Made by a program: the position numbers and the translations under genes. A stretch of 64,000 nucleotides of DNA from Marinilabiliaceae bacterium (GTDB lineage: Bacteria; Bacteroidota; Bacteroidia; Bacteroidales; Marinilabiliaceae). Below are positions 10,665 to 20,137 of this stretch, in pieces (the stretch's first letter is position 1; each line of letters begins with the position of its first letter). The DNA is taken from NCBI GenBank assembly GCA_016933045.1, contig JAFGBR010000021.1, positions 24,886 to 88,885 on the forward strand, read 5' to 3'. The notes beneath the pieces were generated by a model. It was not told where the DNA came from. It ran no database searches and saw only the letters and a list, made by a program, of their open reading frames with translations.

Positions 10665-11177
10665 ATGAAGATTACTAAATATTTGATTATTGCAGTTATA
10701 GCCTTTGTTGGTGTAAGTGTATTTGCCCAGGACTTGAAGTTTGGACATGTAGATGTTCAGGTTCTTATTTCTCAATTACCCGAAAAAATTGATGCAGATA
10801 AAAAGCTTGAAAAAGAAGCTGAAAGTTTAAGAAATAATTTGGAGGTGATGACCAAAGATTTGGATACTAAGTATAACGAATATATGGCATCGCGCGATAC
10901 TTTATCGGAGCTTATAAGAGCTACAAAAGAGAAAGAAATTCAGGATTACGACCAACGTATTAAAAATTTTAATATGTTGGCACAGCAGCAGTTGCAAAAA
11001 AAGGAGCAGGATTTGCTTCAACCAATTATTGAAAAAGTACAAAAGGCAATTGATGAGGTTGGTGCAGAGAACGGATTGATTTATATATTCGATATTAGTT
11101 CGAGGGTTGTGCTTTATCATTCTGATAAGAGTTTGGATTGTGCACCTTTAGTAAGAACTAAATTGGGCGTACAATAA
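10665..11177 (+). CDS. OmpH/Skp-family periplasmic chaperone (paralog 3)
   Basis: Track start is GTG 10659; ATG at 10665. LKFGHVDVQVLI...QQQLQKKEQDL...IFD is collinear with paralog 2. Confidence 0.8.
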   Translation: MKITKYLIIAVIAFVGVSVFAQDLKFGHVDVQVLISQLPEKIDADKKLEKEAESLRNNLEVMTKDLDTKYNEYMASRDTLSELIRATKEKEIQDYDQRIKNFNMLAQQQLQKKEQDLLQPIIEKVQKAIDEVGAENGLIYIFDISSRVVLYHSDKSLDCAPLVRTKLGVQ

Positions 11178-11260
11178 GTTTTGATTAATTTAGTTTGTAT
11201 GATATTATAAGGGAGTCCGGGTTTTGGATTACCCTTTTTTTGTTATTGATAGTATAGTAT

Positions 11261-12076
11261 ATGGGACCAATAGCAATTTTCGACTCGGGTTATGGCGGAT
11301 TAACGGTTTTAGATAAAATTCGAAAACATTTACCCGATTACGATTATATATATTTAGGCGATAATGCTCGTACTCCTTATGGAAATCGTTCGTTTGAAGT
11401 TGTTTATGAATATACCAAACAAGCAGTTTTAAAATTGTTTGAAATGGGATCTCCTTTGGTTATTTTAGCCTGTAATACGGCTTCGGCCAAGGCGTTGCGT
11501 ACAATTCAGCAAAATGATTTGCCGTTAATTGATTTAGAAAAAAGAGTTTTGGGAGTAATCCGGCCAAGTGTTGAAAAGGTTAAAAGTGTTACTTCGAAAA
11601 ATAAAATTGGTGTTTTGGGAACAATAGGAACCATTCAATCCGATTCTTATCCGCTAGAAATAAAGAAATTATTCCCTAATGTTGAAGTTTTTCAGGAAGC
11701 TTGTCCAATGTGGGTTCCGCTTGTCGAGAACAATGAATTTGATAGTGAGGGAGCTGATTACTTTATTAAGAAAAATATTGATAATCTTTTTGCTAAGGAT
11801 TCAAATATTGATTCTGTTATATTAGGATGTACTCATTATCCTTTATTAATTGAAAAGATACGTAAATATATTCCTCTTGGAGTTAATATTATCGAACAAG
11901 GTCAGGTTGTTGCCGAAAGTTTGAAAGATTATTTGCAACGCCACCCTGAAATTGAGGAAAAATGTTTAAAAAATGGAGTTACTCATTTTTTCACAACAGA
12001 GAGTGTGAATAAGTTTAAGCAGGCTGCTGGTGTTTTTCTGAATCAGAAAATTAAAGTAGAACATATAACACTATAA
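11261..12076 (+). CDS. murI: glutamate racemase
   Basis: 271 aa with IFDSGYGGLTV, ACNTAS and LGCTHYPLL. Confidence 0.9.
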   Translation: MGPIAIFDSGYGGLTVLDKIRKHLPDYDYIYLGDNARTPYGNRSFEVVYEYTKQAVLKLFEMGSPLVILACNTASAKALRTIQQNDLPLIDLEKRVLGVIRPSVEKVKSVTSKNKIGVLGTIGTIQSDSYPLEIKKLFPNVEVFQEACPMWVPLVENNEFDSEGADYFIKKNIDNLFAKDSNIDSVILGCTHYPLLIEKIRKYIPLGVNIIEQGQVVAESLKDYLQRHPEIEEKCLKNGVTHFFTTESVNKFKQAAGVFLNQKIKVEHITL

Positions 12077-12079
12077 ATA

Positions 12080-12598
12080 TTATTCCTGTTTATACCAACT
12101 GGCATACATTAGGTAATTATTAGCAATTTTCTTAATCATTTCCTTTGCCTGATGAGGTTCAATATCTTTTACTTTTTTAGCAGGAACACCTGCATAAACA
12201 CTGCCGGGTTCAACAATAGTACCTGTGAGAATTAATGAATTGGCAGCTATTATTGAATTTGACCCAATTACAGCATGATCAAGAACAGTTGCTCCAATTC
12301 CAATTAATACATCATCTTCAATTTTTGCACCATGTACACATACATTGTGTCCAATTGAAACATTGTTACCTATTTCAATTGTTGATTTCTGGTAAAGAGT
12401 GTGTAATACCGTTCCATCCTGTATGTTTACTCTATTTCCAATTCGTATTGAGTTAACATCACCACGTAATACTGCATTAAACCATATTGAGCAATCGTTG
12501 CCAATTATTACATCACCAACAATTGTAGCATTTTCTGCTAAATAAACATTTTTACCAATTTTAGGCGTAAAGCCTCTTACTGATTTAATAAGTGCCAT
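12080..12598 (-). CDS. gamma-class carbonic anhydrase / hexapeptide-repeat family protein
   Basis: Left-handed beta-helix hexapeptide repeats. The start is trimmed to ATG 12598 (MALIKSVRG...) because a -7 box lies inside the longer track ORF. Confidence 0.85.
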   Translation of the reverse strand: MALIKSVRGFTPKIGKNVYLAENATIVGDVIIGNDCSIWFNAVLRGDVNSIRIGNRVNIQDGTVLHTLYQKSTIEIGNNVSIGHNVCVHGAKIEDDVLIGIGATVLDHAVIGSNSIIAANSLILTGTIVEPGSVYAGVPAKKVKDIEPHQAKEMIKKIANNYLMYASWYKQE

Positions 12599-12613
12599 AG
12601 TCAATATTTTTTG

Positions 12614-12621
12614 CAAAAATA
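12614..12621 (-). promoter_or_regulatory. -7 promoter box TATTTTTG (minus strand)
   Basis: The plus strand reads CAAAAATA, 16 nt upstream of ATG 12598. Confidence 0.4.
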
Positions 12622-12731
12622 AGGGTTTGATTGGTAAATAGTACATTTTTGTGTTAAACAGTTTTAAAAAGCTTTTTGATGTTGAATGATAATAAGTTGA
12701 ATAAATTCTTGGTATGAGGGGTTAGCTTTAT

Positions 12732-12739
12732 TATTTTTG
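12732..12739 (+). promoter_or_regulatory. -7 promoter box TATTTTTG for korAB
   Basis: Exact TAnnTTTG match about 120 nt upstream of the korA ATG. Confidence 0.4.
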
Positions 12740-12859
12740 TGGCTCCTTAGAAGGATATGTGTTTTTTTACAGCTGAAATAATTAGCTGGTGAAGTTTTTT
12801 TGATATAATGTTAATAATTATATCTTATTTGTTTTTTTAAGTAAGTTTCGAGTTAAATT

Positions 12860-14707
12860 ATGGGTAAAAGATCTAAAGTTATTGAAAGAGATGAGGTTGT
12901 TGTGCGGTTTTCCGGTGATTCGGGAGATGGGATGCAATTAACAGGAACACTGTTCTCGCATACCTCTGCTATTTATGGGAATGATATTTCTACGTTTCCT
13001 GATTATCCTGCCGATATACGTGCTCCACAAGGAACGATTGGTGGTGTTTCAGGATTTCAGGTTCATTTTGGGAGTTCAGAAGTGTATACTCCGGGTGATT
13101 ATGCAGATGTGTTAATAGCGATGAATCCTGCTGCTTTAAAAGCCAATGCTAAATGGATAAAAGCCGGTGGTACTATTATTGTTGATATTGATTCTTTTGA
13201 TGAGAAGAACCTTAAAAAAGCTGGGTATAAAACAGATGATCCTATTACCGAAGAAAAATTGAACGATTTTTATATTATCAAGGCTCCTATTACTACAATG
13301 ACGAAAGAGAGTTTGAAGGATCTTGGACTTGATAATAAAAGTATTTTGCGAAGCAAGAATATGTATGCGTTAGGGCTTGTATATTGGTTGTTTGATCGTC
13401 CTTTAACTCATACTCAGGAATATATTCGTAAAAAATTTGCAAAAAATCCGCTTATTGTTGAAGCAAATCTGAAAGTGCTCGAAAGTGGGTTTAACTATGG
13501 TATGATAATTCAGGCAGTTACTCCATCGTACCAAATTGTACCTGCCGATGTTCAAAAAGGTAATTATAGAAATTTAAATGGTAATACTGCTGTTGCCTGG
13601 GGCTTTTTAGCTGCCGCAGAGCGAAGTGGATTGGAGCTTTTTTTGGGTTCTTACCCAATAACACCAGCAACTGAAATATTACAAGAGCTTAGTGCTCGTA
13701 AAGATTTGGGAGTAAAGGTATTTCAGGCCGAAGATGAAATAGCAGGTATTTGTACTGCTATTGGAGCCAGTTTTACTGGTCGTTTGGCTATTACTACCAC
13801 TTCAGGGCCCGGACTAGCATTAAAGGGTGAAGCTATCGGTTTAGCTGTAATGGCCGAGTTGCCAATTGTAATTGTTGATGTTCAGCGAGGAGGCCCTTCG
13901 ACAGGGTTGCCAACCAAAACAGAACAATCTGATTTGTTTCAGGCCTTGTATGGAAGGAATGGTGAGAGTCCGGCTGTTGTTATTGCAGCAAGTACACCGG
14001 TTAATTGTTTTGATTATGCTTATTATGCTGCAAAAATTGCAGTAGAACATATGACCCCGGTGATTTTGCTTACCGACGGTTTTTTAGCAAATGGCACGCA
14101 GCCATGGAGAATACCCGATTTGGAAGAGTTTCCGGTTATTATACCACCTTTTATTAAAGAGGCTCGGCCAGGATGGCATCCGTACGAGAGAGATGCAGAG
14201 AAACTAAACAGATATTGGGCTGTTCCTGGAACAGAAGGATTAACCCATCGCATAGGAGGTCTTGAGAAGGATTACAATACCGGGAATATTTCGCATGATC
14301 CCTTAAACCATCAGAAAATGACTGATGTTCGTGAAGCAAGGATTCAAAGGATTGCTGATTATATTCCTTATCTTGAGGTAGTTGGCAATGACGATGCTGA
14401 TTTGTTAGTAGTTGGATGGGGTGGTACTTATGGTCATTTAATAACTGCTGCTGATTATATGAATGCGCAGGGTTATAATATCGCACTGGCCCATTTTACA
14501 TACATTAATCCATTACCCAAAAATACTTATGATGTATTAAAACGGTATAAGAATATTTTGGTTTGTGAATTAAATAATGGTCAGTTTGTGAATTATTTGA
14601 GAATGAAATACCCCGAGGTAAAATATTCGCAGTATAATAAAGTACAAGGTTTGCCATTTACCAGTGCCGAGTTAGTAGAACAGTATAAAAAAATGTTGGA
14701 GGAATAA
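12860..14707 (+). CDS. korA: 2-oxoacid:ferredoxin (acceptor) oxidoreductase subunit alpha
   Basis: 615 aa fused gamma/alpha-type subunit (VVRFSGDSGDGMQLTG... then YPITPATEIL...). Confidence 0.88.
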   Translation: MGKRSKVIERDEVVVRFSGDSGDGMQLTGTLFSHTSAIYGNDISTFPDYPADIRAPQGTIGGVSGFQVHFGSSEVYTPGDYADVLIAMNPAALKANAKWIKAGGTIIVDIDSFDEKNLKKAGYKTDDPITEEKLNDFYIIKAPITTMTKESLKDLGLDNKSILRSKNMYALGLVYWLFDRPLTHTQEYIRKKFAKNPLIVEANLKVLESGFNYGMIIQAVTPSYQIVPADVQKGNYRNLNGNTAVAWGFLAAAERSGLELFLGSYPITPATEILQELSARKDLGVKVFQAEDEIAGICTAIGASFTGRLAITTTSGPGLALKGEAIGLAVMAELPIVIVDVQRGGPSTGLPTKTEQSDLFQALYGRNGESPAVVIAASTPVNCFDYAYYAAKIAVEHMTPVILLTDGFLANGTQPWRIPDLEEFPVIIPPFIKEARPGWHPYERDAEKLNRYWAVPGTEGLTHRIGGLEKDYNTGNISHDPLNHQKMTDVREARIQRIADYIPYLEVVGNDDADLLVVGWGGTYGHLITAADYMNAQGYNIALAHFTYINPLPKNTYDVLKRYKNILVCELNNGQFVNYLRMKYPEVKYSQYNKVQGLPFTSAELVEQYKKMLEE

Positions 14708-14710
14708 ATA

Positions 14711-15724
14711 ATGTCGGAAGAAATAAAAACATTTGCAGAGTTTAAAAGTGGACTTAGTGTGCGTTGGTGTCCTGGATGTGGCGATCATGCAATATTAAAT
14801 TCAATTCAAAAGGCTATGTTCGAATTAGGATACAAAAAGGAGGAGGTAACAGTTATTTCGGGCATTGGATGTTCTTCTCGACTTACTTATTATATGAATA
14901 CGTATGGTTTTCATACTATTCATGGTCGTGCCTCAGCAATAGCATCTGGAGTTAAAGTGGCAAACCCAAGTTTGAATGTATGGCAAATTACAGGAGATGG
15001 TGATGCTCTTGCAATTGGAGGTAATCATTTTATACACACAATACGAAGAAATGTGGATATTAACATGATACTGTTTAATAATCAAATTTATGGTTTGACT
15101 AAAGGGCAGTATTCTCCAACTTCAGAAAAGGGTTTTGTATCAAAGACTTCACCCTATGGAACTATCGAAAATCCATTTCGACCCGGAGAGTTGACAATTG
15201 GAGCTCGTGGACATTTTTTTGCTCGTACTGTAGATAAAGAATTAAAGCATAGTGTAGAAGTGTTTAAGGGAGCGGCTCAGCATAAAGGTACTTCGGTTGT
15301 TGAAGTTCTTCAGAATTGTGTTATTTTTAATGATAGAACTCATGAAGCAATAACCGATAAGGCATTTAAGAGCGATAGAACTATTTTGCTTAGGCATGGA
15401 GAGCCAATGATTTTTGGAGCTAATAACGATAAAGGTCTTGTATTGCAAGGAACCGAATTGAAAGTTGTGAAATTGGGTGAAGATAACTGGACTGAGAAAG
15501 ATTTGTTGGTTCACGATGCTTATTGTGAAGATACAATGATGCATCAAAAGCTTGTTAATATGGAGTATCCGGATTATCCTGTGGCCTTAGGGATTATAAG
15601 GGCTGTTAATGCAACAACTTATGAGGTTGAGATGCAAGATCAGTTGGATTCAGTTAAAGAGCGATCTAAAATTAAGAGCTTTAAAGATTTGGTTTATACC
15701 GGTGATGTTTGGAAAGTTGAATAA
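14711..15724 (+). CDS. korB: 2-oxoacid:ferredoxin oxidoreductase subunit beta (TPP-binding)
   Basis: 337 aa with WCPGCGDH and GDGD..AIGGNH TPP motifs. 3-nt gap after korA. Confidence 0.88.
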   Translation: MSEEIKTFAEFKSGLSVRWCPGCGDHAILNSIQKAMFELGYKKEEVTVISGIGCSSRLTYYMNTYGFHTIHGRASAIASGVKVANPSLNVWQITGDGDALAIGGNHFIHTIRRNVDINMILFNNQIYGLTKGQYSPTSEKGFVSKTSPYGTIENPFRPGELTIGARGHFFARTVDKELKHSVEVFKGAAQHKGTSVVEVLQNCVIFNDRTHEAITDKAFKSDRTILLRHGEPMIFGANNDKGLVLQGTELKVVKLGEDNWTEKDLLVHDAYCEDTMMHQKLVNMEYPDYPVALGIIRAVNATTYEVEMQDQLDSVKERSKIKSFKDLVYTGDVWKVE

Positions 15725-15739
15725 CTGAAAATATTTAAA

Positions 15740-15766
15740 GGGGGCTGTGAATAACAGCCCTTTTTC
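15740..15766 (+). terminator. Rho-independent terminator after korB
   Basis: GGGCTGT-GAATA-ACAGCCC stem-loop (15742-15760) followed by TTTTT. Confidence 0.7.
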
Positions 15767-15817
15767 ATTCTGTATATTCAATAGTTTTTATAAATTTAAA
15801 ATATTCAAACCCTGCTT

Positions 15818-18754
15818 ATGAGTTCATTTTTTATTAACGAAAAGCAACAGGCTGAATTGAAAAGCTTGTTAAAAGGAGATGTTTTTTTTGACAAAACAAC
15901 ACTTTTGTTGTATAGTACAGATGCTTCTGCTTATCGTGAAGAGCCATTAGCAGTTGTTTATCCTCGCGATTCGAAAGATTTGGAGTTGATTATTGGTTTT
16001 GCCAATAAGTATCATATTCCGGTTATTCCACGGGCGGCTGGTACATCATTGGCTGGGCAAGTGGTAGGAAAAGGTATTGTTGTTGATGTTTCGAAATATT
16101 TGAATCATATTTTAGAAGTTAATAAAGATGAGAAATGGGTAATTGTTGAGCCAGGTGTTGTTTTAGATGAATTAAATAAATATTTACGTACTTATAATTT
16201 GTTTTTTGGACCCGAAACATCTACATCAAACCGATGTAATATGGGTGGTATGGTAGGTAATAATTCATGTGGTAGCCATTCGTTGATATATGGCAGTACC
16301 CGTGATCATTTACTTGAAGTTTGGGGTTATTTAAGTAATGGCGAAAAGGTACATTTTAAAGCACTTTCATTATTTGAATTTGATAGAAAAAGAGAAGGAG
16401 ATTCTCTTGAAGCTAAAATATATGCTGATGTATATAGTATTTTGATAGATGCTGATAATCGTCAACGAATTGAATTGGATTTTCCCCATCCTGATATAAA
16501 ACGACGTAATACTGGCTATGCTATTGATATTCTTGCCAATATGCAGCCTTTTAATAGTGAGGGTGATGTGTTTAATATGAGTAAGCTCATTGCAGGATCG
16601 GAAGGTACACTGATGTTTATTTCTAAAATAAAATTAAACCTGGTTGATCTTCCTCCAAAATATAATGCTTTGGTTTGTGTTCATTTCGATCAACTTAAAA
16701 AGGCAGTGATTGCAAATGTGGATGCTTTAAAACATGAACCGGTGGCAATTGAACTTATGGATAAGTTGGTTTTAGACTTAAGCAAACGAAATACACTCCA
16801 AAATAAAAATCGTTTTTTTATTGAGGGTGACCCGGCCGCTCTTTTGCTTGTCGAGTTTGCTGAATACTCGCACGATAAACTTGATGAAAAAACCAGATTT
16901 TTTGTTAATGATTTTGAAGAAAAGAAATATGGATATGCTCATCCTGTATTGCATGGGAGTGATATTAACAAGGTTTGGAGTCTGCGAAAAGCAGGATTAG
17001 GAATACTGTCGAATATGCCCGGTGACGAATTGCCGGTGCCTGTAATTGAAGATACAGCTATTTTACCTGCCGATTTGCCAATGTATGTCGATGATATTAA
17101 GCTAATGTTAAAAGAGCTAGGTAAAGAGTGTGTGTATTATGCTCATATTGGAACCGGAGAACTTCATTTGCGACCTGTTTTGAATATGAAACGGGAAGAT
17201 GATGTGAAGCTGTTTAGGGAGATAGCCGAGCGTACTGCAAAAATTGTAAAGAAATATAGAGGTTCGTTAAGTGGAGAACATGGAGATGGACGATTGAGGG
17301 GGGAGTTTATCCAATTTATGGTTGGTGAGAATAATTATAACCTGTTGAGGCGAATAAAGAATAGTTTCGATCCTAAAGGGTTATTAAATCCGGGTAAGAT
17401 TATTGATACCCCTCCTATGGATTCATCGCTTCGTTATAGTTCGAAAGTGTTGAATAATATAACTCCTGTTTTTCGTTGGGAAAAGACAGGTGGTATTGTA
17501 CAAGGTGCCGATAAATGTACAGGATCGGCCGATTGTAGAAAGAGTTCAGTTATTGGCGGAACAATGTGTCCTTCTTTTATGGTTACCCGTAATGAAAAGG
17601 ATTCAACCAGGGCAAGGGCAAATATTTTGCGCGAATTTTTTACCGGAAATATTCAGACGGTAAATGAAGGAATTGATGAGGTGTATAAAATACTTGATCT
17701 TTGTTTATCGTGCAAAGCATGTAAAAATGAGTGCCCATCGAGTATTGATATTACAAAATTAAAAGCTGAGTTTTTAAATTATTATCATTCGAAAAAAGGG
17801 ATAAGGTTAAGGGAGTGGTTTGTGGCTTATCAACCTTATATTTATCAGTTTGCTTCGAAATGGCCAGGGGTGTTTAATTCTGTTATTCGTCAGAAAACTA
17901 TATCAAAATTGGTACTTCAGTTATTAGGATTTAAGTCTGATATGGTTATTCCGTCGGTTACGCGAGAAACATTGGAAAAATGGCATCTTAATAACAAAAG
18001 TGAGGTGCTTAAAAAAAAGGATGTTAAAATATTTTTGTTGGCTGATGAGTTTGTTAATTATTCCGATGATGGTTTGGGAATAAAAACAGTTCATCTTTTC
18101 GAAAAGCTGGGGTATGAAATAAAAGTGACCCGGTCTGTTGTTAGCGGACGTACATTTTTGTCGAAAGGTTTTTTGCAGAAGGCAAAATTACTAGCTAATG
18201 AAAATGTTCTTTTTTTTAAAGATATTATTAATGACAATTCAGTTTTGTTAGGAGTTGAACCATCAGCTATTTTGTGTTTTCGTGATGAGTATCCCGAATT
18301 AGTGTCGGATAATTTAAGAAATGAAGCTGAAATATTGGCAAAAAAGGTTTTTACAGTTGAAGAATTTATTTGGTCTGAAATGGAAAACGGAAATATTATT
18401 AAGGATCAGTTTTTAAGCGATAAAGGAGAGGTTATGTTTCATGCTCACTGCTATCAAAAGGCATTATCCGAAACATCTGTAATAAAAAAAATACTTGAAT
18501 TTCCGGTAAATTCAAAAGCTACCGAAATTAAATCGGGGTGCTGTGGTATGGCAGGTTCATTTGGATTGGAAAAGGAACATGCATTAATGGCAAAGCAGAT
18601 TGGAGAAATGGTTTTGTTTCCGGCTATTCGTTCAAAAAACGACGATGAAGTGGTTGTTGCACCCGGAACATCTTGCAGGCAGCATATATTTGAAAATACA
18701 GGCGTTAAACCAATTCATCCGGTCGAATATCTATTAACACTGTTAAAGCAATAA
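15818..18754 (+). CDS. FAD-binding plus (Fe-S)-binding oxidoreductase, YdiJ-like fusion (GlcD-like FAD oxidase plus cysteine-rich CCG/4Fe-4S C-terminal half)
   Basis: 978 aa. FAD-PCMH N-terminal domain (PRAAGTSLAGQ), a CxxCxxC..CP cluster (CLSCKACKNECP) and a C-terminal CCG-like repeat (SGCCGMAG). Confidence 0.8.
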   Translation: MSSFFINEKQQAELKSLLKGDVFFDKTTLLLYSTDASAYREEPLAVVYPRDSKDLELIIGFANKYHIPVIPRAAGTSLAGQVVGKGIVVDVSKYLNHILEVNKDEKWVIVEPGVVLDELNKYLRTYNLFFGPETSTSNRCNMGGMVGNNSCGSHSLIYGSTRDHLLEVWGYLSNGEKVHFKALSLFEFDRKREGDSLEAKIYADVYSILIDADNRQRIELDFPHPDIKRRNTGYAIDILANMQPFNSEGDVFNMSKLIAGSEGTLMFISKIKLNLVDLPPKYNALVCVHFDQLKKAVIANVDALKHEPVAIELMDKLVLDLSKRNTLQNKNRFFIEGDPAALLLVEFAEYSHDKLDEKTRFFVNDFEEKKYGYAHPVLHGSDINKVWSLRKAGLGILSNMPGDELPVPVIEDTAILPADLPMYVDDIKLMLKELGKECVYYAHIGTGELHLRPVLNMKREDDVKLFREIAERTAKIVKKYRGSLSGEHGDGRLRGEFIQFMVGENNYNLLRRIKNSFDPKGLLNPGKIIDTPPMDSSLRYSSKVLNNITPVFRWEKTGGIVQGADKCTGSADCRKSSVIGGTMCPSFMVTRNEKDSTRARANILREFFTGNIQTVNEGIDEVYKILDLCLSCKACKNECPSSIDITKLKAEFLNYYHSKKGIRLREWFVAYQPYIYQFASKWPGVFNSVIRQKTISKLVLQLLGFKSDMVIPSVTRETLEKWHLNNKSEVLKKKDVKIFLLADEFVNYSDDGLGIKTVHLFEKLGYEIKVTRSVVSGRTFLSKGFLQKAKLLANENVLFFKDIINDNSVLLGVEPSAILCFRDEYPELVSDNLRNEAEILAKKVFTVEEFIWSEMENGNIIKDQFLSDKGEVMFHAHCYQKALSETSVIKKILEFPVNSKATEIKSGCCGMAGSFGLEKEHALMAKQIGEMVLFPAIRSKNDDEVVVAPGTSCRQHIFENTGVKPIHPVEYLLTLLKQ

Positions 18755-18767
18755 ATATATAAGTTAA

Positions 18768-20120
18768 ATGTTAACTCGTTTAGTTATGGATAGTTTAAAT
18801 CAGTTTATAGATGGGGTAAAGTTTCAAAATCCAGGTGAGTCAGAGTTTTTGCAGGCAGTAAGTGAGGTTTTAGGTTCAGTGTGGGATTATTACCTGCAAC
18901 ATCCTCAATATAAAAAAATGAAGATATTTGAGCGGATGGTTGAACCTGAGCGTGTAATAATGTTTAGAGTGCCTTGGATTGATGATTTGGGTGAAGTGCA
19001 TGTGAATCGTGGATACAGGGTTGAATTTAACAGTGCTATTGGTCCGTTTAAAGGAGGACTTAGGTTTCATCCCACAGTAACATTAAGTGGATTAAAATTT
19101 CTTGGCTTTGAGCAAACATTTAAAAATAGTTTGACTTCATTGCCGATGGGCGGTGGGAAAGGAGGATCGGATTTTAATCCTAAAGGAAGGTCTGATAATG
19201 AAATAATGCGTTTTTGCCAGTCATTTATGCTTGAATTATATAGGCATATTGGGCCTTTTACCGATGTCCCTGCGGGTGATATTGGAGTTGGGGGGAGGGA
19301 AATTGGTTATTTATTTGGAATGTATAAAAAACTTAAGAATGAGTTTACAGGTGTTTTAACAGGAAAAGGATTTGAATATGGAGGTAGCCTTATTCGACCT
19401 GAAGCAACTGGTTTTGGAGCTATTTATTTTGTTAGGGAGATGTTGGCCAGAGTGGGTGATAATATTGAAGGAAAAGTTGTTGCCTTGTCTGGGTTTGGAA
19501 ATGTTGCATGGGGAGCGGCATTGAAAGCCACTGAATTGGGGGCAAAGGTTGTAACCATTTCAGGACCCGATGGTTATATTTATGATGCTGATGGGTTAGA
19601 TGTTGAGAAAATTGATTATATGCTTGAGTTAAGAGCTTCAAATATGGATGTTGTTCAGCCGTACTCCGAACGTTTTGGAGTGCCATTTTTCAAAAATAAA
19701 AAACCCTGGGAGCAAAAGGTCGATATTGCTATACCATGTGCTATTCAAAACGAATTGAATGAAGATGATGCTAAAATGTTAATATCTAATGGCTGCACTA
19801 TTATTGCCGAGGCATCGAACATGGGATGTACAGCCGAAGCTGTTAAAACAGCATCAGGAAATATAATATTTGCACCTGGGAAAGCTGTGAATGCAGGAGG
19901 AGTTGCCGTTTCGGGATTTGAAATGTCGCAAAATAGCATTCGAATGACCTGGACTGCCGAAGAGGTTGATACCAGACTTAAACAAATTATGAATAATATT
20001 CATAGTACTTGTGTTAAGTATGGGATGGTTGGTAATGGTAAAATAGATTACGTAAAAGGTGCTAATATAGGTGGTTTTGTGAAGGTAGCCGATGCAATGA
20101 TGGCTCAGGGAGTTATTTAA
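18768..20120 (+). CDS. gdhA: NADP-specific glutamate dehydrogenase
   Basis: Near-collinear with enterobacterial GdhA (LPMGGGKGGSDF.PKG, IRPEATG.G, C-terminal KVADAMMAQGVI). The real start may be ATG 18786. Confidence 0.93.
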   Translation: MLTRLVMDSLNQFIDGVKFQNPGESEFLQAVSEVLGSVWDYYLQHPQYKKMKIFERMVEPERVIMFRVPWIDDLGEVHVNRGYRVEFNSAIGPFKGGLRFHPTVTLSGLKFLGFEQTFKNSLTSLPMGGGKGGSDFNPKGRSDNEIMRFCQSFMLELYRHIGPFTDVPAGDIGVGGREIGYLFGMYKKLKNEFTGVLTGKGFEYGGSLIRPEATGFGAIYFVREMLARVGDNIEGKVVALSGFGNVAWGAALKATELGAKVVTISGPDGYIYDADGLDVEKIDYMLELRASNMDVVQPYSERFGVPFFKNKKPWEQKVDIAIPCAIQNELNEDDAKMLISNGCTIIAEASNMGCTAEAVKTASGNIIFAPGKAVNAGGVAVSGFEMSQNSIRMTWTAEEVDTRLKQIMNNIHSTCVKYGMVGNGKIDYVKGANIGGFVKVADAMMAQGVI

Positions 20121-20137
20121 TTATTGATATATTTTGT

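Noticed and set aside
11205-11245. Possible terminator after the third ompH gene (GGGAGTCCGGGTTTTGGATTACCC followed by a T-run).
   Set aside because: The stem is imperfect (only short GGG/CCC and TCC/GGA pairings). It is plausible but too weak to list as a feature.
12780-12815. Small hairpin CAGCT-N9-AGCTG followed by a T-run in the korA 5' UTR, considered as a possible attenuator or riboswitch terminator.
   Set aside because: The stem is only 5-6 bp, there is no recognisable aptamer or leader ORF, and the support is insufficient.
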